DNA from: Marsupella aquatica
Lineage: Eukaryota > Plantae > Marchantiophyta
DNA length: 64,000 bases
Assembly (NCBI GenBank): GCA_973895155.1
Contig: OZ316895.1
Coordinates: 19,792,803 to 19,856,802, forward strand
Reading direction: 5' to 3'
Shown: piece by piece, positions 50,581-64,000 of the stretch
Position numbering within the stretch: position 1 is the stretch's first letter
Layout of the letters: every line of letters starts with the position of its first letter
Program-made: the position numbers and the translations under genes
The notes under the pieces: generated by a model
What the model was told of the DNA's origin: nothing
Databases searched by the model: none
Seen by the model: only the letters and a program-made list of their open reading frames with translations

Positions 50581-50875
50581 CCCGGGGTCCTCACTTCTTT
50601 TCTTTCGACCCATCACGCGCGAATAAGTATAGGGTTTTTTATTGGGTTTAGTGAAATACTTTTAAATTATTGTTGAAGAACATTAGGGTTATTTTAATCC
50701 AATTTTGAGAATTATAAGAATCATAGGGTTTTCTAAAATCAAATATGGGAATATTCCATTGAGTTAGGGGTTAAAAAATTCCTAAAAAAAACTTTATTGA
50801 CTTAACTTTTAGGGTGTTTATTCCCCCAAAATTTCGAGCGTGATATGGGACACCCCTTGGATTGAGGCCCCCAAG
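50581..50875 (+). mobile_element. 295-bp MITE sharing ends with the P-like element at 29174-38405
   Basis: 8-bp TSD AAATTTCC at 50573-50580 and 50876-50883; starts CCCGGGGTCCTCACTT...CGACCCATCACGCGCGAATAAGTATAGGG; ends TCGAGCGTGATATG...ATTGAGGCCCCCAAG. Confidence 0.92.
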
Positions 50876-52149
50876 AAATTTCCACCATAAGCATCGTTGC
50901 AAAGGAAGTCAAAAGCATGTCAAAACCTAATTTAGCAACACCACTACTTATTGCCCATGATAAGCAACGAGACACTTACAAGATCACAAATGAATCTCGA
51001 GAAAGCTGATAGTAATGTGCCTTGATCAGCAAAACCAAACAAATTGTTGGACAACGCTCTGTTCTCCTCACTCCTACACTACATTACAATCTAAGAGTGG
51101 TTGAGACAACAAATCCTCTAAACAAATTGGTGCACCGGAAGCCACATTCACCAACTTGAAGATGTTGGACTGATTGGTTGTGTGAGCAAGAATTGGACCC
51201 AGTAATGACGATAGGCTGGTAGCTCCGGTGGAGTAAAGTGTAATAGTTGGACTTAACAGCGGCGCGTAGCAGCGGATGAATTGCGTTGGGGATCATTACA
51301 TGCGCACGTGGTATCTGCATTCTTGAACAACTTCAAATTGGCAGTGGTTGACCCTTACAATTCTCTCAATACCAGAAATGTAATGAAGTCCGTAATCGAA
51401 TCCAACTATCACCTAGAGGAGAAGCGACATCTAGGCTGAAGAAATCATTTGCTATGTTTAATCAAACAAAGCCACACGTACCTTAACATAGCCAAAATTG
51501 GAAACATGGAACACTCCTTCGCACTGCTACAGTAGAAGACATACTTAGTTCATGTTAAAAAACAGCTTTTGTAAAGCAACCTGCAAAAATTGGCTATTAG
51601 TTACACCCATATTGCTTAAACACTTTAGATTAGGGACACCATCGACTCCCTATTAGCTATATCTAACATTTTTCCCCATTACACTAATTTCGGTGATGAC
51701 ACTCTTTCCCTTAGAAGAAAGCAAAAGGGTTTTAATGAGACCACACCGACCTATCCTACCATGACACATGTTAACAATAGTGTGGTTGTTTTTCTTCCCT
51801 AAACAACCAAGGGGGAGTGTTCTAGCCTAAATGTTAGGTTAATATGTAACCTCTAGTTACAATAGTAAAGTAGTTACCATAACTACCCATGAATGTACAT
51901 TGGGAGTATAAGACAGTCCCAACATACTAATGAAGGGAGTAATCACTTTGGAGAGACTTAACTATGATTCCTATTCCTTTCACAACAATCTATAAGTTTT
52001 AAAGATGTGACACACAAAGATTAAATTCAGCTAGATAAAATCCGATAGTGAAATCATTATTTAGCCTTAAAATGAGAAGACTCATGTTTTTTATTGCGAG
52101 CCCCTATTTTCTCGTTAAATCAATAATTCCCACCGCATTAAAATGGTCA

Positions 52150-53435
52150 TCAGACAATAGATGGTATTGTAGATCCTCAAAAATGCCAGAAAAGCCGAAA
52201 AAGATTTTAAACATTAGTAATCATATTGCAAGGGAGTTAAAGGAATAGTATATCCGACTACTGACTCAATACAAATATATGTTTGTGTGGAGTCACAAAG
52301 ATCTTAAAGGTATACCTCCCCATTTGGGTGAACATTGGATTGACTTATGGAAGAAGCAATACCAGTATAATTGCTTAAATCCTAAGTACTCCATGTTGGT
52401 TAAGGAGGAACTCGATAAATTAACTAAAGTTGGATTTATTTACTCTATGAATTATACAATTTAGGATGGGTACTGTGGCTACAATCAGGTGTCAATTTGG
52501 GAAGAAGATGGGACAATACTACTTTTACAATGGATTTGGGTACATATGCGTTCTGAGTTATGCCTTTTGGTCTCTGTAATGCTCTTGGAACCTTCCAACA
52601 AATAATGATGACTATTTTTCAGGATTTCCTCATAAAATTCTCATTGATGACTTTTTTGTACAGAGTAGCAAGAAAACACCTTGACCATCTGTAGCAGATA
52701 TTTCAAAGATGCCAAGGATCTCAATTATGCTTACATCTAGATAAGTGCTTCATAGGTATGAGAGAAGGAATTATGCTTGCACATGTGATATCACAACAAA
52801 GAATTGAGGTTGATGCTATACTTTTGTGTCATCTTGGAATTATAACCACCAACAATTTGAAAGAGTTACAAGATTTTCTTGGTTATATGGGTTGTTACAA
52901 ACGTTTCATAAGAAAGTATGTTAACTTGGCTATACCTTTAACTCAACTACTTAAAAAGGATATTGAATATGTTTGGACAAATGCTAGGCAACCTTCCATA
53001 TCTTTATCGATACCTCTGCCTATTGTATTGGTGCTACTTTCAACCAACTTGATAAATATACGAAAGATCATTCCATATATTACGCAAGCAAATAAATAAA
53101 CAGTTCTAAGAAGAATTATTGAGTAACAGTAAGGGAGGCCTTAGCAGTTATTTTTTCATGCAAGAAATTCAAACATTACTTAAGGTCGCCTACTCGTCAA
53201 CAAGGAGACTTGGCACTTGTTTATGATTCCAAGTATATATTTTTCCCTCAAAAGCTTCATACACACTGGATAGACCTTAGAGAGTTGTGAAAGTGTGGTA
53301 TAATGGATCCTTCACTTTAGAAACTTTACACGGAGAACCTTGATAATACAAAGATAAATAGATTTAGAGTGAAGACATGTTACTTACCCCATTCAGAAGG
53401 CTTGTGAGGGCAGAACGCCATTTGATAGGGGAGTT
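52150..53435 (+). pseudogene. Highly degenerate gypsy pol remnant (RT, RNase H, integrase tail)
   Basis: FVWSHKDLKGIPPHLGEHWIDL, DGYCGYNQV, MPFGLCNA, FLGYMGCYKRFI. Confidence 0.75.
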
Positions 53436-53579
53436 ATGTAATTGGAGATAAATCAGAACTTATCTTATCCCCCAAGGACTACATCTTAAACTACATCTTA
53501 TTTCCATCAACTCCACGTCAAAGCTTCAAAAATAAGAAGCCCATCATCACCTCTCATCCTCATATTCCCGACAACAGTA

Positions 53580-53995
53580 GGAGAATTTATTTCCCCTATT
53601 TTTGATGACTTTTGTACATCTTTAGGTGGTGATATTCAATGTCATGTACCACATGTTAATTTCCAAAATGGACTAGTGCACAGAGGGGATCATTAGCGCA
53701 GGCTATAACTCATTGCAAGACATTTACTTATGCATTTGCAACTCCCAGTCTCTACCTAGGGTCATGCAATATTACATACTAATGCACTCATTCAATACTG
53801 CCTTTGTAATTAATGCCTTTAGTCCACACCAAATGAATAATAACATACGGCCAAATTTATCCCATCTTTGCTCACTTGGGTGTGAGATTATGGTACCCAT
53901 AACCCCGCCCAAACGGACAAAGATGAGACCCCAACGACAATTAGGAATATATTATCAAGACCTAATGATTTTTTTGCTGAGAATTACACTCAATT
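53580..53995 (+). pseudogene. Bianca-type copia integrase fragment
   Basis: FDDFC...HVPHVNFQNGL; LSHLCSLGCEIMVPITPPKRTKMRPQRQLGIY. Confidence 0.7.
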
Positions 53996-53999
53996 TTCC

Positions 54000-55450
54000 C
54001 CAATGTGGTTGACAAAAGGGATTGTTGACCCAAAAGCATATCAGAAAGTTAAAATCAAACCAAGAAAATTTCTTAATATCTATAAACACCTTCAGAGAGA
54101 GTTTAAGGAGAAGTATATTGATTTGCTAAAGTAATATTGAGATGTGTTTGCATGGAGTCATAAAGATATAAAAAAAATCATCTTCATTTAGGTAAGCGTT
54201 GGATTGATTTTGTTGAAAGATCAATACCCATTCGTCAAAACAAACTCAATCATGGTCAACAAAGAAATTGACAAGTTAATTAAGGCAAGATTCATTTTTT
54301 CAGTTGTGAGTAGTGAATAGGTATCCCCCATATTCATTGTACCAAAGAAGTTGGGACCTGAAGGAAAAATGAAGATCCGCTTGTGTTAGGATTATTAAAA
54401 ATTGGATGTTGTAACAAGAAAAGATCACTATCTTTTGTCATTTATTGATCTTGTGTTGGATACATTTGTAGATCATGCCTTGTTCAGTCTCCTTGATAGC
54501 TATTTAGGGTATGATCAAGTCTCAATGAGAAAAGTGGACAAATATAAGATCACATTCATGATAGGATGGTGCATTTATGCATTTAATGTCATGCCATTTG
54601 GGTTGTATAATGTTCCTGGAACCTTCTAGAGAATCATGATGATAATATTCTAGAAGTACCTCCATAGATTCTTAGAGATTTTTCTTAATGATTTTAATTG
54701 TGTTTGTACCCTTAATATCCACACTCACCTTGAAAAATTAGGACTTACTTTTTGAAAGTGTAGGGAGTCTCAACTTTGCCTTCATCAAGAAAATATATAT
54801 AATTTATGGATGCAAGAAGGTTTCCTTTTGGGACATGTAATTTATGAAAATGTGATAGTAGTAGATGTAGAATGTTTTTAGATTATTGTAAATTTTTGAG
54901 TTCCTAGGATATTTGGGTTAATATCAATGTTTTATCTGTCTATACGTAGATCTTGCCATGTGTCTAACATAATTGTCAAAGAAAGATATTGCATACCAAT
55001 GGACTGATGAGTACCAATAGGCTTTTGAAAAATTGAAGAGTAAACTCATTTCTTCACTTGTTTTAATTCCTCCTAATTGGGATAAGGATTTTCATGTGTA
55101 CATTAAGGCTTCTGCATTTTGTGTGAGAGCAATGCTTAGTAAACAAGACAAGAATAAGAAGGACCATCCCATCTAATATATATGTTAGTTGTCAAATGAA
55201 TCTTGCATAGAAGACTATATAGTGATGAAATGAGAAGCATTGGGAGTGACATTTGCTTGCAAGAAAGTCATGCATTATCTATTGGGGTATAAACTTATCT
55301 TTCACACAAACATTCTTCACTTAAGTATTTGATTTTTCCAGAAGGATTGTTTGTTGGGTGTTGCTATTGCAAAAATTTGATTTTGAGATGGTAGGTAGAC
55401 CAAGACAACCCCATGAAAATGTCAATTTTTATCTCAAATTTCTAGTCTAG
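54000..55450 (+). pseudogene. Degenerate gypsy RT/RNase H remnant
   Basis: TRKDHYLL.FID.VLD...LDSYLGYDQV...VMPFGLYNVPGTF; PPNWDKDFHVYI.ASAF. Confidence 0.75.
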
Positions 55451-55796
55451 AAAGTATCTCCTAGACCCCCCTCAAACGACGTCGTGCCCTCGCAAGTCTT
55501 ATTGATGGGTAGAAAATATTTCCTAACACGATATCCATGAATTTCAGTATCAAGTTGTTGGCCATCTAATGTGGTAAGGGTGAAGGATCCATTTTTCTAT
55601 ACTTTAATTACATTATATAGGGGCCAAGCCAATGAATGTATAGTTTCCTAAGGAATAGCATGTACCGTGAATCAAAAACTAAACCTAAGTCACTAATTTG
55701 AATATTTACAATCATTAAGTTTCAAATGATCATAGTTCAACTTCCACTTGGATTGTTGAACTTTAGTCTCTTGTAGAGCAAGTAAAACATTGTTCT

Positions 55797-58700
55797 TGTT
55801 GAACTACACCAAGCAATGAATAACTTTCATTCCACATAATAGGGTTTATATATATATGGTAGGTGTGTTGAAGTTGAACCTAAGGTAGACTTAACTAAGG
55901 TTTATCCTGGGTTGTAACACTCTCCCTTGATTGTAGTATTTTGGGAGAAAATGATGTAGTCCTCCTAACTTGTCTACTTTAGTTTGATAATGATGATCTA
56001 CCATAAACCCTAAACTGGGTTGGATTCAACATTGACTACCATTCATACTATTAAGTATCATGAAAAGAAATTGTTGGTGGTCTGGGGTGGGAAGTGTAAT
56101 CTCATTAAAACCTCCCTTACTTTCTTTCGGGGAGAAAGAGTATTACCACCTCCTTCCCGTATGTATGACTTAGAGTTATGGATAATTGTTGTATCTTAAC
56201 TAAAATGGAAAAATTTAGTCCTAACAAGGAAAGGGTCTATCCCGTGTTGGGCTGAGCCCTGTTGCTTTGTATGGGTTGCTCTTGAAGTGTGTAAGCAACA
56301 TCGTTAGAATGAGAATTGTGCAAGGAAGTAGGAATCGGTCGACGATGGAGGAGGGGGCGTGTGGTCAATGGGGGAGAGAGATGATAGCTAGGGCACCACC
56401 AAAGTGAGTGTTTGATGATAGCATCTATGTCACTGCGCCATGTAACGAGGACCACCGGGTAAGCTCAGTTCTTGTCTTCCTGCCTATGAGTGATGTTGTA
56501 AATTGGTTGTTGAACACCATCTTGTAGTGGATACTGGAGTGTGTCATTGCATAATCTGGTTTTGGGAAAAAAATTAGTAAGTGTGCATGGGATGTCATTT
56601 TGCATCTATCTGTCGCAGCTGGATGTCAAGAATCCATAAGGTTGGTGGTGTAACGTGAGAAGAAAACATTGTCTCTTTTAGGGGTTTGAGGAAAGTCTAG
56701 CCGATGCGAGTCGGCTGTAGTTGGAATAGTCACCTAGCTTTGAATGGAGTGGTTCGTGGTTGACGGCCTTAATGCCTAATTCGTGTCAAAGTGGTCATGC
56801 AATGTGGATGGGAGCTCCTTGAGTGTAGTTGTGCGTTTCTGCCCAGCAGCAATGTGGGTGCCTTTCAGCTCCTTGCACGTCCATGCAGGTTTGTTTTCCC
56901 CCTAAGCTCAACTTCTCCATTTGTAGTCTCTCAACAATGTGTATTGCTTTAGGTCGAGTCCTACATCAACGACAAAAGACTACAGAGCCCTATAGTGTAA
57001 ATTAGGTCTTGATGAATTTCCAAAGGCAGCAATTTTGTGAGAAGGTCAGCGCAATTGTGTTGGCTGGAAATCCGTTGTACCTCAAAACTTGTGCCTTGGG
57101 AGCTCATGTGCGAAAAAGAACTTGGGAGCAATGTTCTTGGTCTTGTCTCCCTTAATGAAGCCCTCCATTATCTGTGCCACACAACCCTGGTTATCCTTGA
57201 AAATAACAGTTGGGGAATTCAGTTTGGACATACTCGTGTTGTCTCAAATGTGGTCCATGGCATTTCAAAGCCACAAACATTCCCAAGTGGCTTCATAGAG
57301 TGCAATAATTTTTGGGTGATTAGAAGAAGTTGTGGTGAGTGTCTGCTTGGTACTCTTTCACAAAATTGTTGTAGAACCAAGTAAGAACACGTATCCGGTC
57401 TGTGATTTTGCGTCTATAGGATCTGATAAATAACCAGCGTCCACATAGCCTGAGAATGTATGTTCTATATTTGTTGGGAAATATAATTCCAGGTCGGTTG
57501 TGCCGTAGAGGTAGCGGAAAATTCTCTTGACACCATTCCAATGTCTAATGGTTGGTTGTGAGCTATGGCGGACAAGAAGACTTACAACGAATGCAATGTC
57601 TGGACGGGTTTGGTTTGCAAGGAATATTAAGGCCCCTATTGCAAATAGATATGGCATTTCAGAACCAAGGAGTGGCTCTATTTCTAAAATATGTCCTTAT
57701 TCCTATCCAGTGTACGTAGGTCCATGGGCGATTTCACTGGTTTGCAGTATGAATCATGATATTAAACCGCTTCAGAATTTTTTGTGTGTAGGTCGATTGG
57801 TGGAGGAGAATGTCATGTGATAAATGTTCAAACTGCAGTCCAAGGCAGAATGTAGTCTGCCCTAAGTCTCTTGTTTCAAACACGCGTTTAAGGAGTTGGA
57901 TAGTCTTTAGCATCATCTTGCTAGTTCCAAACAAATTGAGGTCATCAACGTAGATGGCAACAATTACAAACTTGTTGCCTTCTCTTTTAATAAATAGGCA
58001 TGGTGCAATGTCAGAGTTCTTAAATCCCATGGATAACATTTCAGATTTAAAGCGCTTGTACCAAGTTCTTCCACTTTGCTTCAGCCTGTACATGGAGCGA
58101 AGCACTTGGACAACAAATCTGATTCGGGCTGTAACAACCTTTTTATAGATAGTGTGGAATGGCAATATGGAGATATGCGGTAAAATTGATAAACATTTAA
58201 TTTTTTTTACATCATTTGGAGCTAATTCAAAGCAATCAGCCATCTTTGAACCTGTTGTGACCCTTAAAGGAAAGTTTTGGAAGAAGTTGAAGAAGATTGA
58301 GTTTGATAGAAGAATCGCTTTCAGAAAAATATCGTTTTGAAAGAAAACCGGAGCACATTCGCTTTGGAGTTGAAGAATCGCTTGATGTTTTCTACTCCAA
58401 CTTTGAATGACCATTGTGAATTGGCCTGATGTCGGATGAATGAGATTTTAGGCTTGTTGGAAAGCTATTGGAAAGGGCTACATGAAGAATTTTGGAGCAA
58501 AAAAATCCAAAGAAGTTGAAAATATATCAAACCGATTCTCCAAGATATTTTGGCACTTGTCTTCTAAATTGTTTTACACCTATTTTCCTCATTCAAGCTT
58601 TTGCATTGGTTAAATAGGAATAGGATACCAAGTGACTCATTTAGTTACCCTTAGGAATTTAGATTTCAAAAGGTCTTAGTTATCTCACCTTTTTAAGTCC

Positions 58701-61700
58701 CCATGTTTAGATAGGAATAGATCTTAGTCCTTTAGGAATCTTTTGGTATCTCAGGCCATTAAAGGAGCCTATACTTGGACTCCCAAGACTATTTTCAATG
58801 TCTTTTTTTTTTGAATTGATTTTTGACCAAGTTGTGGGTCTTTCTCTCATGCCAAATTGGGCTTAGGAGAGAGAATCTAATGAAGGAGAATTGCACCATC
58901 ATCTAAATTGAATTCAAACATTTCATGCACCAATTTAAGCATTCAAGTTTTGGATGTATGAATTAAAGATAGAGAATAGAATTGCATGAATGAATAAGGC
59001 GAGTCTTTGAAATCTAGTAAATAAAGGAATTGTATTGACTCTTACAACATAAAACCGATCACCATTGGTGTGTAAGGAAGTTGGAGAGAAGAGAAAACAT
59101 ATTTATCTATTGAGAAGAAGGAGAGCCTAAGGATATTCATTGTAGGGTTTGTGACATAAAAATCATTTTAGGATTCTATGACCAAAATAGTGAAGAAATC
59201 GCTTTAGGATTTTGAATCACATAAAACCTGAGTAAATCATTTTACTTATTCCTTACGGGAATGAATCTTGGTGTTCCAGAGCTAATTCATATAAATATGA
59301 TGTTGTTCTACTTATTATGCTTTGTAGAAGCTTGTAATGTAATTGTTTTTGACATTGTGTGTAGTAGCACTTGCAACTTTATTTGTGTGGCCAAAAGGGC
59401 CGTCATTTTCCATGTGTTTCTTAGTGTGCTTGTGCTCCCCCCTAAGTGTTTATGAGTTCAGGTGGGGCCTCCATGTGTATGACAATATCAAGGTGGCCAT
59501 ATAAGTAGGCTTTAACTATATCCATCTGGTGCATCCTGGATAATTTGTGGTGTATGGCAAATGCAATAAGGCATCTGTAAGTTATATTGTCCATCATAGG
59601 AGAACATGTCAAGTCGTAGTCTCTGTCTGGGATCTGAGTGAATCCCTTCGTAACTAAACGTGCTTTATATCTTACTATCTCCCCTTGAACATCCTCTTTT
59701 TAACAAATGTCCACTTAGTGGATGTCTAGGGGAGCTATGGAAATGGGTCCAAAAACCTGTTGCAAGATGAGGGAATCCAATGGCGACCTCCCACTGAGGC
59801 CAATCTGGCTGCTTCCGGGCCTCACTGATGGTCGGGGTCCAGTAAGTCCTCCACTATCTCTTGTGATATCAAAAAAGCAAAATGTTCATCTGGTTGAGTT
59901 TGAGTTCTGTCCCAAAGTTGGCCAATGGTGCTATAGTTGATGGCTATCTCATTTCTCCCATCATTGGTTGTGTGTGCAGGTCTAGGTATAATAGGAAGTG
60001 CTTGCATACTCTGGGGGTTAGTAGTAGCCCTTTTTGTCTTGGGTGCTTGTCAAAATCCCTTAGTGGGCGTCCCCGTTTAGCTTGTGGTCCCATGTGAGTA
60101 GCCTATTGGCGGTCGGGATATGTGATCTAGTCACCTTTGTAGCATCAATGGACAAGTCTGGTAACTGTTCCATGATCTTGGTAAGGTGTAATATCCTTTG
60201 CACTTCAGTATCAGTTTGGTTTGTCCGGGGATCATTCCAGAATCCAGATGCAATTTGCTAGTGAAGTTCAATTGCATGAGCCTTTGTTGGTCCCTCGGGT
60301 GTAGTTAGTATAGGGAAGATATCTTCATGATTGATAGTAATTGCAATCAACAAATCTTGCCTTAAAAACATATGTTGTTGTTGGTTCCAAATATCTGATA
60401 ATAGAAGTGGAATCGAACCCAATGTAGATGCCTTTTTGCCTTTGGGGCCCCATCTTTGTGTGTTTGGGTCCCAAAATTGGTACCATCACTTGACAACTAA
60501 ATGTTCTCAAGTGGAACAGATCAAGAGGAGTTCCAAAGGCAAGGTGGTTGGGTGTGTTGCTATTGAATGCAGAAGGTCTATAGAGAAGTAGTGCAGTTGC
60601 ATGCGGTATAGCGTGGCCCCATACAGATGTAGGCAGGTTAGTTTGCATCAATAGGGGCCAAGATATTGTCTGAAGCCTCTTGATGAGGGACTTTGCAATC
60701 CCATTCTGAAAATGCACATGGGCCACCAGGTATTGGACATCAATTCCAGTTGTCATGCGGAAATCATCAAATATCTTGGATATAAATTCGATCACCAGCA
60801 TTGTCAACTCTGAGAATTTTGGTTGGATGCTCTACGAACCGTGCTTTCAATTTTAAAATATGTGCCAGTATCCGGGCCAGTATCCTAGAGAAGACTAAAT
60901 TGCAAGTTGATAATAGTCATACTTGTGACCACTTTTGAAGATGCGTCTATAATTGCTAAGAAAAATCTGAATGGCCCACTAGGGGGATCTATGGGGCCGC
61001 AAACATCAACATGAAGCCTCTCCAGGAATTTTGGGATGTTTTTTGTTGTTGTTGTTGATAGAGATGGCTTGGTGGTCATCTTGCCTTGTGAACAAGCAAG
61101 GCATGGATCCTTCAGGGATTGTGGATGCACTATATTTGGTATTCCCTTTGTGTCTCGAATGATTTTGTGAAACATATTGGTGCTAGGGTGGCCCAATTTT
61201 CTATGCCATATTTTTGTGATGGAGTTGGAATGTGTTAAGTCTGCATGATAGCTTTGAGTTTTTGTGGCATAGTATCCTAATGGGTAGGCTGATAAGGTTT
61301 CTCTTACATCATTTTCGGCGGGGGTTTTAACAATGATGTGCATCACCTCTTGTGAATTGATGATGTTTGTGTGTATGTGCAGGTTGTTGGCCCGTATATC
61401 CTTAAAACTAAGGAGGTTCCTTGTGGTCTTTGGGGCATAGATTGCTGCTTTTATATGTATGGCTGTGCCTTTCGGTAGGATTATTAAGGCGGGACCATGT
61501 CCTTTCTCAATCTGGTGTTGCCCCATAATTGTTGTTACTCTCCTCTTGGAAGGGGTTATCTCACTAAAATATTTTCTATTGTGCAGGATAGTCTGGGATA
61601 TCCCACTATCTACTATGTAGAAATTTGGATCGTCAATGGTAGGGGATTGGGTTACTAAGTGAATCTTAGGGAAAACCTCAGCAAATTCAAGAAAGGTACC

Positions 61701-63052
61701 ATGGGTTTCAAGTTCGGGTGGCATTAGACTTTTCTTGTAAAGTGATACTAAATGGGCAGGTGCTCAACATATCTTCTCTATGTTTGGCTGTGGGGGAAGG
61801 GTGCCTGATGGTCTCTCTTTGGTGTTTTGTAATAGGAGTATCTGGTGTTTTTCGACTAATAGCATGTGTGCTATGAGCTCAAAGTATTCTGTAAACTTCA
61901 TGCTTCTATATTGTGTTGATAGGATCAGGTTAGTAGAGTGAAATGTAGATAGGGTTTTTTATTTGCTCTTCATCTCCCACTGGCTGACCATAGATAGATA
62001 GTTGAGAGACAATGCAAAATAACTCACTATTGTAATCAACAATTGTCTTGTGATCTTGAACTCAAAAAGTTACCTGATCATGCCGTGCTATAGGGAGGAA
62101 TATGATCCGTGTATGGTCGAACCATGATTGGAGTTCATCACATAAAAGGTGGGGGTTGTACTCATTCATGTATTGCTTTTTTAGGGAATCAGCCAAGTGA
62201 TGTCTTATTAGGATTAGGGCCCAAGCCTTTTGCTGTAAGGTAGGTCCATTATCCGTTAGGATTGTGTTCTGGAGGTCATTAGATGTAAGATGTGTCTCTA
62301 TATATCTAGTGACCAGGAGAGGTAATTGGAGTCGTCTATATTTAATGATTGGAAGTAAAGCTTCTCGATTATATTTGTAGCCATGATTTATATTCAGGTC
62401 TCAATTGGTTTTCAGTTTTGATGGTGAAACTATTCCTCAAAGGAAAATTGCAATTTTACAATTTATGTTCTGTATTTCAATTTAGAGAAAGAAGAAAACT
62501 GGTGGATGGTTAAGGTCATTATTTGGTGGAGAATCTGCCAATATTGGGAAATTATGTCCCCTCTTCAATTTCTCCTTAATCAATTTTGCCTCTCCTTCAA
62601 TTTTTGGTTTTATCTCAATGTCTTGTGTTGTGATTTTTGCTGCAATAATCGTTTTGAGGCAGTTAATTGATCACTCAATGCAAAATGTGGTGTATTCAAC
62701 GCGAGGAGACTTTGACAAACTTGTTTTAAATCTGTGAAATTGAGTGATCCTTCTTGAGAAAATTTGTATTGTCAATTCTCAATTGATTCTCAAAAGTTCT
62801 AATCACAATCTCCACAAGAAGGTAGTATCCAAGGAGAAAATGAAAAGATGCCTTAGTGCTCAACAAGTTTTGCCTAGGTGAATTTCCTAAAAAATAATGT
62901 ATCTAGCAAATTCGTGCTGATAAAGTGTTCAACTACACCCAACAATGAATAATTTCCATTCCACATAATAGGGTTTATATACATATGATAGGTGTGTTGA
63001 GATTGAACCTAAGGTAGACTTAACTATATAAGGTTTATCTTGGGTTGTAATA
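55797..63052 (-). mobile_element. Bianca-type copia element 2, complete in structure but degenerate
   Basis: LTRs at 55797-55919 and 62926-63052; TSD GTTCT at 55792-55796 and 63053-63057; PBS-like TTTATCAGCACG; PPT at 55920-55929; VDSGIS, WHRKLGHP, LHVDVCGP, IYVDDL, GYVDAGYLSDP. Confidence 0.9.
58130..59395. mobile_element. About 1.27-kb insertion (probable solo LTR) in the RT of copia element 2
   Basis: Starts TGTAACA; imperfect TSD CGGGC/AGGGC; RT sequence resumes on both sides. Confidence 0.55.
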
Positions 63053-64000
63053 GTTCTTCTAATAAATCCAAAGTGTCATACCAACAATTTAAATTGTTTT
63101 CATTATTAAGTCTCTCAATATATCTAGTATTCAAATGATTAGTGACAATCTCAAATTCCACTCATATAATGCTATCCAACCTATATGAAAGATAAATGGA
63201 GTCTTCTTGGTTCTTATATTTTCTATTGTCTGATAGACCCATAGTGTTGAGGGTACATAATTTGATGTCCAAATCAACTTTATGAGCAAAGATCATTTTG
63301 TTCAAGATTTCTCACTTTATATTAAGATTAATTAACAATATTGGTGTCAATGATAGTCTATTTATTTTATACCACAGATGCTATCAATCTTAACAAACGA
63401 TATAATTATGCCCACAAATAGTTGCATTGATTGATCGATTCTCTTTTGAAAGTCAATGCAAAACAACTAAATTGTGGGGAAAAAAGTTTTGTTTTCTTTT
63501 GGTCTGACTTAAGCTTGGCTTAGATGTAGAATGAAAAGTATGCAAAATTTGGTAAGGATAATTATAGATTTCTTTCATTGGCCCCACACTTCCCTTAACA
63601 TGTTGCATATGTATATAAAAGAAAGTCATTTTTGTCCATTGAATCCGTAACACAAAGTCCAATTTCTTCAAATTTGAGAAAATGTTTTACACCTTTGGAC
63701 CTCAATGATTAAAGAGGTTTAACTTACAATAGTGTTAGTGATAATTTATCGTGTACTTTACCATGGATATATAATTGGTTGTAGGAGATGAACACTAACT
63801 AGATATTGAATTTTAATGTATCATGATGAAAGTTTTGAGATACATGATAGTTTCATGTGACAATAACTAACTCACGTACAAAGCAATGAATGTACAAATA
63901 TATCTAAGTGACCAAAAAGACTTGCTTGGATTAAGGAGACAAAGTTTACTCTTCAAGATACTAGTTGGCATGTTGATAGGACTCACGCAAACTCAATCTC

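Larger units (their letters stand above)
41438..51987 (+). mobile_element. Bianca-type copia element 1, 3' part: degenerate integrase, RT, RNase H, 3' UTR and probable 3' LTR (51818-51987); interrupted by four insertions
   Basis: GEFTSKTFDDFC, MDVVTAYLYG, IGALMYLANQTQPDI, GFVDVGYLSDPDDAKSQTGYVF; PPT AAGGGGGAG followed by TGTT...AACA. Confidence 0.82.

Noticed and set aside
57734-58414. 226-aa ORF as a novel RT fusion
   Set aside because: Chimeric read-through from the 58130-59395 insertion into copia RT.
63058-64000. Possible further retroelement remnant
   Set aside because: Too degenerate to assign motifs or boundaries by eye.

Overview
Eukaryotic, TE-saturated DNA that looks like a land plant (spliceosomal introns, Ty1/copia including Bianca-type, Ty3/gypsy). 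No intact host gene, RNA gene or CRISPR array is seen. The window is a set of nested insertions, most delimited by target-site duplications (TSDs). The central object is a Mutator-like DNA transposon at 5923-41060 (41-bp TIRs, 9-bp TSD ATTTAGTCA, about 14.3 kb once nested insertions are removed). On + it encodes a GCM/WRKY-like, DDE and SWIM transposase. On - it carries a multi-exon gene reading ParB/Srx-like domain, unknown region, degenerate beta-class N6/N4 DNA-methyltransferase-like fold and, probably spliced in frame, a Ulp1 SUMO protease. Its subterminal, intronic and intergenic DNA holds about 80 copies (counted by eye) of one 23-bp palindrome, ATCTCGGAGAG-S-CTCTCCGAGAT, which I did not find elsewhere in the window. 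This resembles VANDAL/VANC anti-silencing elements but with prokaryote-like ParB/MTase modules, and it is my best candidate for an undescribed system. Nested inside is a 9.2-kb element (8-bp TSD) with a P-element-like transposase and an EDM2/NSD-type PHD cluster; a 295-bp MITE with the same ends lies at 50581-50875. Most genes carry stops or frameshifts. All domain calls are by-eye motif recognition, not database hits.
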